This document shows positions 26,242 through 33,973 of a DNA stretch of 64,000 nt, piece after piece. A program made the translations under genes and the position numbers. This DNA comes from a virus, in IMG/VR virus record IMGVR_UViG_3300050505_000309, positions 26,764 through 90,763 of that record; one strand, given 5' to 3'. The notes under the pieces were generated by a model. That model saw only the letters and a program-made list of their open reading frames with translations, made no database searches and had not been told where the DNA came from. How positions within the stretch are numbered: position 1 is the stretch's first letter; each line of letters opens with the position of its first letter.

Positions 26242-26690
26242 GACGGCGTCTCCTTGATGGCCTCGTACCGAGCGAGGGCGAGGGTGGCCTTGGTCAACTC
26301 CTGGACGGCCTCCGATCGGAGGACCGCGACCGCAGCGTCGAGCTGGGCGTGGTAGAGCTTCGTCTCATCTTCCAGCAAGTTCAGGCGGATCTGCGCGTTC
26401 TGGACGTCCACCTCCGCCCGGCTGAACTGCTGGGACACGCGGGCATATTCCGGGTCGCCCGAGAGGAGCTTGTGGGCGGCCTGCTCGCGTGCTTCCTTGT
26501 TGGAATACCGCGCCTTGCCCTTGTCGTCGTGATCCAGGGACACGGCGGCGATCGCGTCGGCTTCCCGCTCCGCCACCGCTTCCTTGGCCGTCGCGCACGC
26601 GGTCTTGGCGGTGTGAAGGGCCTGACGGGCGTCGTACATCAGCTTCGGGCCGCGCTCGAGCAGGTCGATGAGCTCAGGAATCGTTCGCAC
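26238..26690 (-). CDS. coiled-coil hypothetical protein (150 aa)
   Basis: Helical heptads; coupled to the SSB-like gene. Confidence 0.7.
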   Translation of the reverse strand: MRTIPELIDLLERGPKLMYDARQALHTAKTACATAKEAVAEREADAIAAVSLDHDDKGKARYSNKEAREQAAHKLLSGDPEYARVSQQFSRAEVDVQNAQIRLNLLEDETKLYHAQLDAAVAVLRSEAVQELTKATLALARYEAIKETPS

Positions 26691-26892
26691 GCGAGTCCTC
26701 GTACCGGAATACGCGCCGGAGGTTCAGGGCCTTCAGGATCTTCGGTCCCGGCTGCCGATTGCCGGTCAAGACGTCGGTGAGATACTGCGAGGACACCCCG
26801 AGCGCTTTCGCCGCTTCGGCCTGGTTGTCAAACAGCTCCACTTGGCGTCGGATCCGTGCCACGACTACCGACGCGGTGACCGTAGATGCCAT
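26674..26892 (-). CDS. Cro/XRE-family HTH regulator
   Basis: NQAEAAKALGVSSQYLTDVLTGNRQPGPKIL. Confidence 0.88.
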   Translation of the reverse strand: MASTVTASVVVARIRRQVELFDNQAEAAKALGVSSQYLTDVLTGNRQPGPKILKALNLRRVFRYEDSRANDS

Positions 26893-26931
26893 CGCGCGCC
26901 GACGTTACCCCCGGCGCGCGACGACTGTCAA
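26892..26931 (-). promoter_or_regulatory. early promoter with operator-like inverted repeat
   Basis: TTGACA (26926-26931) - 18 nt - TAACGT (26902-26907); 10-bp perfect IR TCGCGCGCCG/CGGCGCGCGA (26892-26901 and 26912-26921) flanks the -10. Confidence 0.7.
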
Positions 26932-26961
26932 GAAAATTGTCTCCGCATCTCCGCTGATCCG

Positions 26962-27060
26962 CTAATTCGGCCACCATCCTTGCCAGAGGGCGACGAACAT
27001 CACGATCAGGCCGGCCTCGATCGTCCCCACGACGAGCCAGACGATCCACTCATCGGTCAT
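26962..27060 (-). CDS. tiny single-TM protein (32 aa)
   Basis: MTDEWIVWLVVGTIEAGLIVMFVALWQGWWPN; TGATG overlap. Confidence 0.55.
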   Translation of the reverse strand: MTDEWIVWLVVGTIEAGLIVMFVALWQGWWPN

Positions 27061-27611
27061 CAGTGCGGGAGGAGAAAGCCACCGAAGTGCCCGAGTAAGA
27101 GCCCCACGCCCAACCCGATCGGCCCCGCGATCATGGCCCATCGCCGCTCCTTGCGTAGATTTTCGATCTCCTTCTGCATCGACTCGATCACCTTCACGTT
27201 CGAGGCGATGACTTCCTGGTTTTGCTTCAGGATCTCGCCGTTGTGGTCGATGACCTTGCCCAACTGCTGGAGCACGGCCGAGTTGTCGGCGGCATTCTTC
27301 TGCGCGATCGCAGCCATCTGCTCGGCAATGCCGGCCGCGTTGGTCAGGAACTTGTTCTGCTCCTCCCGGAGCTTATTTTCGGCCTCGAGCGTCTCGATCA
27401 CGGCCGCGCGCTCCTTGGCCGCCCGGAGTTCCTGGACCATCTTGATGATCGCCGCCGTGTTGAGCAGCTCGCCGTCGTAGGGCGCGGGCTGCCCCTTCCG
27501 GAGGATCGACGCGGCGGGATCTTGCGGGGTGACGTCGTCTCCCCAGGCCGGGAGTGCCCCGGCGAGGAATACGAGGGCAACAACCGCCGCCACGGCTCTA
27601 TTTGCGGCCAT
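27060..27611 (-). CDS. spanin-like protein: signal peptide, coiled coil, C-terminal TM
   Basis: Topology and position after the Rz-like gene; no lipobox Cys. Confidence 0.55.
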   Translation of the reverse strand: MAANRAVAAVVALVFLAGALPAWGDDVTPQDPAASILRKGQPAPYDGELLNTAAIIKMVQELRAAKERAAVIETLEAENKLREEQNKFLTNAAGIAEQMAAIAQKNAADNSAVLQQLGKVIDHNGEILKQNQEVIASNVKVIESMQKEIENLRKERRWAMIAGPIGLGVGLLLGHFGGFLLPH

Positions 27612-28050
27612 AGCCGAGGGCCTCGAGCGCGGAATGGGCTTCCTGGAGGTCTTTGGGGGGTGGCTGGGCCTTGAAGGCGGTCTCGATGTCGGCCCGGCGC
27701 TTGCGGAGGTCGGCGATCAGCGGCTCCATCTTGTTCGCCCGCGCCCGGAGATCTGTGACCTCGTGCGCCAGCGTCGCAAGCTCTTTCTGGGCCGCCTGCG
27801 AGTCCTGGAGGGCTTTTTTCGCGACCGCGCTGGCCTTGGTCGCTTCATCACGCGCCTCCTGGATCTTCTGGATGGAATCGTGGTCGAGCTTGAGCACCTT
27901 CTCCTGCTGGTGCTTGTGCCACCAGTTGTTGACCGAGCTGCCGCCCCAGGCGAGCCCGATGAGCAAGACCACCGAGCCCACGACGATGAGCGAGAGCATG
28001 GGCTTCCGGATGAAGAAGCCCACCACGGCCGCGACGATCGTGGTGAACAT
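27598..28050 (-). CDS. Rz-like inner-membrane spanin (TM plus coiled coil)
   Basis: N-terminal TM and periplasmic coiled coil, downstream of the endolysin. Confidence 0.65.
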   Translation of the reverse strand: MFTTIVAAVVGFFIRKPMLSLIVVGSVVLLIGLAWGGSSVNNWWHKHQQEKVLKLDHDSIQKIQEARDEATKASAVAKKALQDSQAAQKELATLAHEVTDLRARANKMEPLIADLRKRRADIETAFKAQPPPKDLQEAHSALEALGYGRK

Positions 28051-28196
28051 CAGGCTGGCGGAGCTGGGGGCGGTGCTGGCGGCGGGACGTTACCCTTCGC
28101 CTTCGCGATCACCGTCTGGACCCAGGCCTTGAACGGGCTGAAGTTCTGGAACGCGATGAAGCCCACCAGCGCGAAGATGATGATGAAGCACGCCAT
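28050..28196 (-). CDS. small TM protein with Pro-rich tail (48 aa)
   Basis: MACFIIIFALVGFIAF...PPPAPPPAPPA. Confidence 0.55.
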   Translation of the reverse strand: MACFIIIFALVGFIAFQNFSPFKAWVQTVIAKAKGNVPPPAPPPAPPA

Positions 28197-28206
28197 GAGC
28201 GGTCTC

Positions 28207-28923
28207 CTATCTCGACAGCCAGATGCGGTAGCCTGGCCGCCACTTGAAGAGGATCTTCCGGGGGTAGTCCCGGTTCTCGACACACGCGTCCACGCTGCGG
28301 AGGCACACGGTCTCCACATTCTCGAACCAGCGGTCCTGATCGAGGCCTTGGCGGTTGGTCTGCGCCCGTTCGCGGTTGAGATTGCCCGCCCCGCCGTTGT
28401 AGGCCGCGAGCATCCAGCCCATGCGGTCGTCGCCGCCCGCGAAGCGGTAGCCGGTCCAGATCTGCCGGTCGTAGAGCAGCATGGCCCGGAGCGCCCACTT
28501 CGGATCACCAGGACAGCCCGTCACGGCGTCGCAGAGCACCTGGAGATCCGCCGGATAGAGCTTCTGCATGTCGGCGGCCGTGGCGGGCGTGAATTGGGCG
28601 ATGCCGGAGGCAAACCGGCTCGCGGCGCTCTCGTCGAAGCGCGATTCTTGGTGGACCTGACCGAAAAAGAGCCCCAGATCGGCCTCGAGGCCCCAGTAGT
28701 ACCGCGCGCTCTGGATCAGGTAGTTCCGGTGCGTGGCGGCCTGCCGGGGAATCGGAAATCCGGGATCGAGCGCGGGAACGGGCATGGCCGGCGCGGCATG
28801 GGCCGGCTGCGCCGGTGGCGCAGGTGGCGGCGTCAGTGCCGGGAGGCGGTCGCAGCCCCAGAGTACGGCGAGCAGGCCACCGATGGCCCAGCCGATCAGG
28901 AGCATCTCGCCCACCCGCCTCAT
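28207..28923 (-). CDS. lytic transglycosylase (SLT) endolysin with lipoprotein-type signal
   Basis: QVHQES catalytic Glu, GIAQFTPAT, AAYNGG, ENRDY; LLAVLWGC lipobox-like. Confidence 0.9.
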   Translation of the reverse strand: MRRVGEMLLIGWAIGGLLAVLWGCDRLPALTPPPAPPAQPAHAAPAMPVPALDPGFPIPRQAATHRNYLIQSARYYWGLEADLGLFFGQVHQESRFDESAASRFASGIAQFTPATAADMQKLYPADLQVLCDAVTGCPGDPKWALRAMLLYDRQIWTGYRFAGGDDRMGWMLAAYNGGAGNLNRERAQTNRQGLDQDRWFENVETVCLRSVDACVENRDYPRKILFKWRPGYRIWLSR

Positions 28924-29294
28924 GGCCCGAGCTCGCCCGCGCGCTCCGGGAATGCCCGCCGGAACTCGAGGAGGAAGCGCTCGTAGCGGCCCTTGAGCAG
29001 CTCGTGCTCGGCCATCAGGGTCGTGTGCCGCCCCTCGCACTCATTGAGGTCGTTGTGAAGCCGGCGGATCTCCTCGTCCTGCTCACGGCTGCGCGACCAC
29101 AGTCGCTCGATCTGTTCCATCATTTCGCCGCGGAGCTTGGCCGAATCGGTGATCTTCGCGACGTCGACCACCCCGTCGGCCCGCTGGGTGCGCTTCCACC
29201 GCGAAAAGACGTACCGCAGCCCCTCGACGGCCACGAGGGTGCCCCCCGCGACGAGGGCGGCGCTCACGCTGCCGGTGATCGGCACATCCATCAT
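28920..29294 (-). CDS. TM plus coiled-coil lysis-region protein (holin/antiholin-like)
   Basis: One N-terminal TM then coiled coil; directly before the endolysin. Confidence 0.6.
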   Translation of the reverse strand: MMDVPITGSVSAALVAGGTLVAVEGLRYVFSRWKRTQRADGVVDVAKITDSAKLRGEMMEQIERLWSRSREQDEEIRRLHNDLNECEGRHTTLMAEHELLKGRYERFLLEFRRAFPERAGELGP

Positions 29295-29767
29295 TCCGCA
29301 TCCTTGTCACTCAGCCGGATGGCGGCCCAGAGCATGGCCATCGCCAGGAATGGGAAGCTGTTCGTCCACTCGTGGTCCGTCGTCCAGATCTGGTAGGAGA
29401 CGGTGACCCAGATCATGACGCTGAGGGTGGCGCAGATCCGACGGCCGGTCCGGTGGTCCGATCCGAGCGCGATGATCTGCGAAAGCGCGATCCCGACATA
29501 GGCGATCAGCACCCAGCCATCCTCCAGTCGGCGGGCCGTCTGAGGAATCCGCCAGAGCCCACTGATGCCCCGGTTCATGAGAATGAGCGCGCTCAGGGCT
29601 TCGACCGACCGCGTCGGGTCAGACAGAATCGCGAAGAGGTCGAGAATCCCGCGGCGGAAGCGCGGCACGATCGGCCGCTGCCGAAGACGCACCATGACGT
29701 AGGCCACCGTGAAGAGGCAGACCAAGAGCGCCCCCGCCGGGATGACGATGCTATTCAGGGGGGGCAT
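29291..29767 (-). CDS. multi-TM membrane protein
   Basis: About 4-5 hydrophobic helices. Confidence 0.7.
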   Translation of the reverse strand: MPPLNSIVIPAGALLVCLFTVAYVMVRLRQRPIVPRFRRGILDLFAILSDPTRSVEALSALILMNRGISGLWRIPQTARRLEDGWVLIAYVGIALSQIIALGSDHRTGRRICATLSVMIWVTVSYQIWTTDHEWTNSFPFLAMAMLWAAIRLSDKDAE

Positions 29768-30200
29768 GGCACGCGATGATGGCGAGGGTGTAGAACGGAG
29801 CGGCCAGGATGATCGGTAGCTGGTCGGCCAGAATGAAGGGCCACTCACGCGGCACGCCGTCGGGATACGCCCCGAGGATCGCCGCCTGCAACGCCGTCCA
29901 CGCGGAGACCAGCAGGAGAAACTGCTGGGGGATCATGCACACGAGCCCGATGAAGCTCGGCGCGCGGAGCGTCCCGGCAATCGCAAGCACGCTCGCGGCC
30001 GAGAGGGTGAAGATCAGAATCCAGATCGGCCAGATCCAGACCCCGAAGACCATCGCTACCAGTTGCTCGGCCGCGACGCCGAGGCCGTAGAGCGGCGTGG
30101 TCTTCAACGTCTGGGGCCAGAGCGCGATCAGGATGCCCCAGAGCCCATGCAGCGTGCTGACGTAGACCACCATGATGGCCGGGAGCCGGTGGCGGGTCAT
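29751..30200 (-). CDS. multi-TM membrane protein (149 aa)
   Basis: About 4-5 hydrophobic helices. Confidence 0.72.
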   Translation of the reverse strand: MTRHRLPAIMVVYVSTLHGLWGILIALWPQTLKTTPLYGLGVAAEQLVAMVFGVWIWPIWILIFTLSAASVLAIAGTLRAPSFIGLVCMIPQQFLLLVSAWTALQAAILGAYPDGVPREWPFILADQLPIILAAPFYTLAIIACHAPPE

Positions 30201-30203
30201 CGG

Positions 30204-30596
30204 CTACAACCCCATCAGCACGCCGAGGACGAACGCGGTGTAGATCAGGCCACGGAGGATGCAGGCCCCGACGAACGCGAGCACGGCAACGAATTGCGCG
30301 TGGTCACTGCCCTGGCCCTCGAACTCCTTGACCGAGAGGGCGCGGAAGAGCAGCCCCCGCATGTCGAGGTAGGGGAAGATCTGCGAGTAGCCGATGTGGG
30401 CGGCGATGAAGGCCATGTACGCCAGCGCGATCTTGTAGGCCACGAGCGTCCAGAGGCTTTGCGGCCCCAGGATCCCGTACTGGCGCAGCACGACGACGGT
30501 GATCGCGAACGCCAGCGGCCAGCGCACCCGCAGGAGTTCCTTCAGGAAGTGCCGCACGTTGAGCGTGTCGGGCCATGCCGAGATTTGCATCGTCAT
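30204..30596 (-). CDS. putative holin (Phage_holin_8-like)
   Basis: YKIAL...HIGYSQIFPY...ILRGLIYTAFVLGVLMGL pattern. Confidence 0.65.
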   Translation of the reverse strand: MTMQISAWPDTLNVRHFLKELLRVRWPLAFAITVVVLRQYGILGPQSLWTLVAYKIALAYMAFIAAHIGYSQIFPYLDMRGLLFRALSVKEFEGQGSDHAQFVAVLAFVGACILRGLIYTAFVLGVLMGL

Positions 30597-31258
30597 CAGA
30601 ACCTCACTTGGACGACGAGGTCAGTCCCCGACGCCTGCACGATGTTCACCGTGAGATAGTCCCCGAGCGCGAGCTGGACGACAGCCGACACCTCTCCCAC
30701 GTACCCGCCGACCGGGATCTGGGGCATCGCGGCCTGGTTGGCGAAGATGCTCGCGCCGTTCTTCTTGATGTCGACGACGAGCCCCACGCCCGATGCGGGC
30801 GTGCCGAGCGCGATGTGCACCGTGCGGGTGAGGAGCGCCACCGGGGCGTACCACCGGAACGGCTTGTCCCCGGCCGTGAGTGAGCCCACGAACGAAAAGG
30901 TCGCCGGCGCGGCGCGGAGCGCCGCCGAGTCGAGGATCCGCATGGCCTGGGTGTAGACCTCACGGATAGCGATGTCGCCGGGGGCGAGCTCCGGGAGTAG
31001 GAGATTCGGTGTGAAGTCCCGGACGATGATGTAGGGCAGGAGCGAATCGAAGGCCTGCTGCCCCGTGTAGGGGCCGGTGAGATCGAAGAGGGTCGTGCTG
31101 ACGACGCTGCCCACCGTGAACCAGGCCGCCGCCGCGTCGGCCTGGAAGCGAAAGAGGTCGCCGCGGATGATGTTGTTGGCGGTGGTCGCCCCGACCAGCT
31201 CGATGCGCTGGGGCGAGGCACTCAGGGCGCGTGCGGTTCCTGTCTTGTACTGGGGCAT
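30596..31258 (-). CDS. tail fibre/adaptor-like structural protein (220 aa)
   Basis: YKTGT...GDLF...VGSVVSTT.F.LTGPY.G...YIIVRDF fibre N-terminal pattern; beta-sandwich C-terminus. Confidence 0.6.
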   Translation of the reverse strand: MPQYKTGTARALSASPQRIELVGATTANNIIRGDLFRFQADAAAAWFTVGSVVSTTLFDLTGPYTGQQAFDSLLPYIIVRDFTPNLLLPELAPGDIAIREVYTQAMRILDSAALRAAPATFSFVGSLTAGDKPFRWYAPVALLTRTVHIALGTPASGVGLVVDIKKNGASIFANQAAMPQIPVGGYVGEVSAVVQLALGDYLTVNIVQASGTDLVVQVRF

Positions 31259-31298
31259 TAGAGTCTCCCAAGCCTAGCAATCCAGAGGGGGAAATCCC

Positions 31299-31556
31299 TC
31301 ATTCTGGAACCGCGTCGACGATGCCGCTGCCGGTCCCTGGCCCGAAATGGTCGTTCGCGAAGACCTGTACGTAGTACCGGGTGCCGGGATTCAGGCCTCC
31401 GAGGGTCACTTGCTTCGATTGCGTCTTCCCCCAGATCTGCCAGGGCGGGGATGACGGGCCGAAATAGACCGTATAGTCCACGTGGTCGTCCGGCTCGAGA
31501 TAGTCGCTCCAATCGACCCGGACCCCACCCGCCACGGCCACGATCGAGGGGATCAT
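31299..31556 (-). CDS. stand-alone fibronectin type III-like domain protein
   Basis: VRVDW...YTVYFG...VTLGGLNPGTRYYVQVFA...G. Confidence 0.8.
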   Translation of the reverse strand: MIPSIVAVAGGVRVDWSDYLEPDDHVDYTVYFGPSSPPWQIWGKTQSKQVTLGGLNPGTRYYVQVFANDHFGPGTGSGIVDAVPE

Positions 31557-32023
31557 GGCTTCATCGGCCGGCTGTCCAGCCACTTCTTGAGCCGGGCGTT
31601 CTCCGTGCGCAGATCGGTCAGCTTGGCGTAGTCCTGCTGCGTGAGGGTGTGTTCTTTGGCGAGTTTCGACTCGAGCGTCTGGATCTCCCAGGAGGTTTGC
31701 TTGTAGTTGAAGTAGATGCGCTCCTCCCGGATCTCGTCGATCGACCCCTTGACCTCGTCCACCTTGCTCTCGACCGGCTTGACGGCGGCCTTTACCTCGA
31801 GCGAGTGCTTGCTCTCGTGCGCGGTCATGTCGACGAGTCGGAGCCAGCCCATCGTGGTGCCGACAGGCCCGTAGGTCCGCTCGAAGAAGGCCAGCCCGCT
31901 CCCGATCACGCCAGCAGCGATGAGAAACGCCAGGATCTTCTGCCCGCGACTCGCGCGCTCGGCGAGGAGCGACAGTAACGAGTCGTCTGCGGGCTGCCGA
32001 TGTCCCGACCGCCGGCTAGCCAC
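31553..32023 (-). CDS. TM plus coiled-coil protein (156 aa)
   Basis: ILAFLIAAGVIGSGLAFF then heptads. Confidence 0.65.
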   Translation of the reverse strand: MASRRSGHRQPADDSLLSLLAERASRGQKILAFLIAAGVIGSGLAFFERTYGPVGTTMGWLRLVDMTAHESKHSLEVKAAVKPVESKVDEVKGSIDEIREERIYFNYKQTSWEIQTLESKLAKEHTLTQQDYAKLTDLRTENARLKKWLDSRPMKP

Positions 32024-33659
32024 GGATGAGCTCCTGCGGAGGCACGGCAGCGTTGACGAACCCCGATCCGGCGGGATCCCCCGCACTCTCGACGAAGCCG
32101 ACCGCGCGGTGGCCGGAAATGACTGGCGCGTTGCCGAGAGTTCCCATCCACAGCTCCACGGTGCCTTCATTGTCCAGAAGGGCGACAATGATTCGGCCGT
32201 CATTGGTGAACGTCGCCTGCTGCGGGACCAGCACCCGCGCGCCGTTGAAGTTGTTCGACGCCATCATGCCGACGCGCGGCGGGATGCTCTTCTGCCACGT
32301 CAGGCCGCCGTCGTCGGTCACAAAGAACGGCGTCCAGTCGCCCCCAGCTCCCGGATCTTCCTCGATGTAGGTCGCCATGAACGCGGACGAGCCGCCGAGG
32401 GCGAGAAGGATACGTCCCTCGATGACCGCCGTGGCATTCGTCGGCAGGCGCGTCCCGAAATCGGCGACCTGCTTGCTCACGTTGGTCCAGTTTGCCCCGC
32501 GATCGGTGGACCGCCAGACCTGGGGATAGTGGTAGATCGTGCCCTGCCCATCGAGGGCGGCCGTGAAGCCCGTGCCGCCGGTTCCGTGCACCCACGGTTC
32601 AGCGCTCATCGGGGCCGCGCCCTCCGGCGCGCCGCCACAGCACAGCACGGTCCCATCGTCGAGCTCGCAGAACGCGTGCGTCATCACGATGAGCCCGCCG
32701 AGGCCCTGGCGATAGTTCCCTGGCATGTTGACGACCTGCCAGGTGTCCGGGAGGCCGCGCTGGGTGCTCCGCATGATGATCGGCCCGAAGCCGTTGACCG
32801 TCATCGCGAGGAGCACGGTCTGCTGATCGCTCAGGAACAGGACCGCGTTGCCCTGGTCGAGATCGTTCGTCAGGTTGACATCCCCGAACGGAGCCGGCCA
32901 GTTCGCCTGATTCGGCCCGTAGGGTCGCCACGTCCGGCCCGCATCGTAGGTGACGTACATGAAGAAGTACGTCCCGTCGGTCACGAATCCCGCGACGTTC
33001 CCGGTGCTCGTATCGATGCGCGGGACGTTGCGGACCCAGTACCAGACGAGATCGCCGCCGGGGCCGATCTGGGCATAGGCTCCGCCGGGACCGAGCTGAT
33101 TGAGCAGGAAGGCGGTGGTCAGCGTGGTCGCGCCCGCCTGCGTGAGCTCGAGCAGGAGCGCGCCCTGGACCGGCGCACTCGCCAGCACGTCGATCAGGAA
33201 CGTCCCGGGCCAGATCCCAAACTTGTCCTCGGCATCGACGTCCTTCCGGCTGACGAGACACGGGCAACCCCATTGGCTCCAGCCCATGTTTGCGCCGATT
33301 GGGACGCCGACCCCCGGGCCGGTGTGCTCCTTCAGGATGCCGGGACCGGGATGCGTGACAAAGAGAAGTCCCTGCCCGTCCTCACCGTGGATGAAGACGC
33401 CGGGCCGCGGGACGAGCATGCCCGTCGCCTGGAACGGCCAGTTTTCCCCCTGGAGGCCCAGCGTGCCCTCGTCGGCGAAGTCCACGCGCTTCTGCCACGT
33501 CCGCCCGTTGTCGCTGGACGACCAGACCTGCGCGGGACCGTAGTTCGGCCCGACGAACGTGAAGGTCACCGTCGCGAGGTAGGCCCCCGGATTGACGACG
33601 CCCGCGATGACGTCACCGGGGGTACTGAGGACGCGCTCCCACGTGATCGTGGTCGCCAT
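32016..33659 (-). CDS. Asp-box (BNR) beta-propeller, putative receptor-binding/glycosidase tail protein
   Basis: SSDNGRTW, TYDAGRTW, STDRGANW and TDDGGLTW Asp-boxes. Confidence 0.8.
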   Translation of the reverse strand: MATTITWERVLSTPGDVIAGVVNPGAYLATVTFTFVGPNYGPAQVWSSSDNGRTWQKRVDFADEGTLGLQGENWPFQATGMLVPRPGVFIHGEDGQGLLFVTHPGPGILKEHTGPGVGVPIGANMGWSQWGCPCLVSRKDVDAEDKFGIWPGTFLIDVLASAPVQGALLLELTQAGATTLTTAFLLNQLGPGGAYAQIGPGGDLVWYWVRNVPRIDTSTGNVAGFVTDGTYFFMYVTYDAGRTWRPYGPNQANWPAPFGDVNLTNDLDQGNAVLFLSDQQTVLLAMTVNGFGPIIMRSTQRGLPDTWQVVNMPGNYRQGLGGLIVMTHAFCELDDGTVLCCGGAPEGAAPMSAEPWVHGTGGTGFTAALDGQGTIYHYPQVWRSTDRGANWTNVSKQVADFGTRLPTNATAVIEGRILLALGGSSAFMATYIEEDPGAGGDWTPFFVTDDGGLTWQKSIPPRVGMMASNNFNGARVLVPQQATFTNDGRIIVALLDNEGTVELWMGTLGNAPVISGHRAVGFVESAGDPAGSGFVNAAVPPQELIRG

Positions 33660-33967
33660 TACGTGATCTGGGGCCTCGCGCGCGCAACAAGCTGGAGCGC
33701 GGCCGACGCGAGATCCTTGGCCTCGCGGCGGACGATATTCGAGCCGGGCTCCGGATCCCGCCGCTCCATCCGGGCCTGGAGTTCCACGTTGGACTGGAGC
33801 GCGAGTTCGAGCGCCGTGATGACGGCGACCGCCACATCGAGCTTGTGCTGGAGCTGCGCCACGGCGTTCCCCGGCGGCGCGGGCGCGATCACCACACCGC
33901 CAAGCGCCGCCATTGCCTGACGCGTCGCGAGGGCCTTCCGATGTCGCTGCTGCACCGCCTCGTTCAT
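33659..33967 (-). CDS. coiled-coil tail-tip accessory protein (102 aa)
   Basis: Between hub and propeller genes; coupled. Confidence 0.6.
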   Translation of the reverse strand: MNEAVQQRHRKALATRQAMAALGGVVIAPAPPGNAVAQLQHKLDVAVAVITALELALQSNVELQARMERRDPEPGSNIVRREAKDLASAALQLVARARPQIT

Positions 33968-33973
33968 AAGCCC

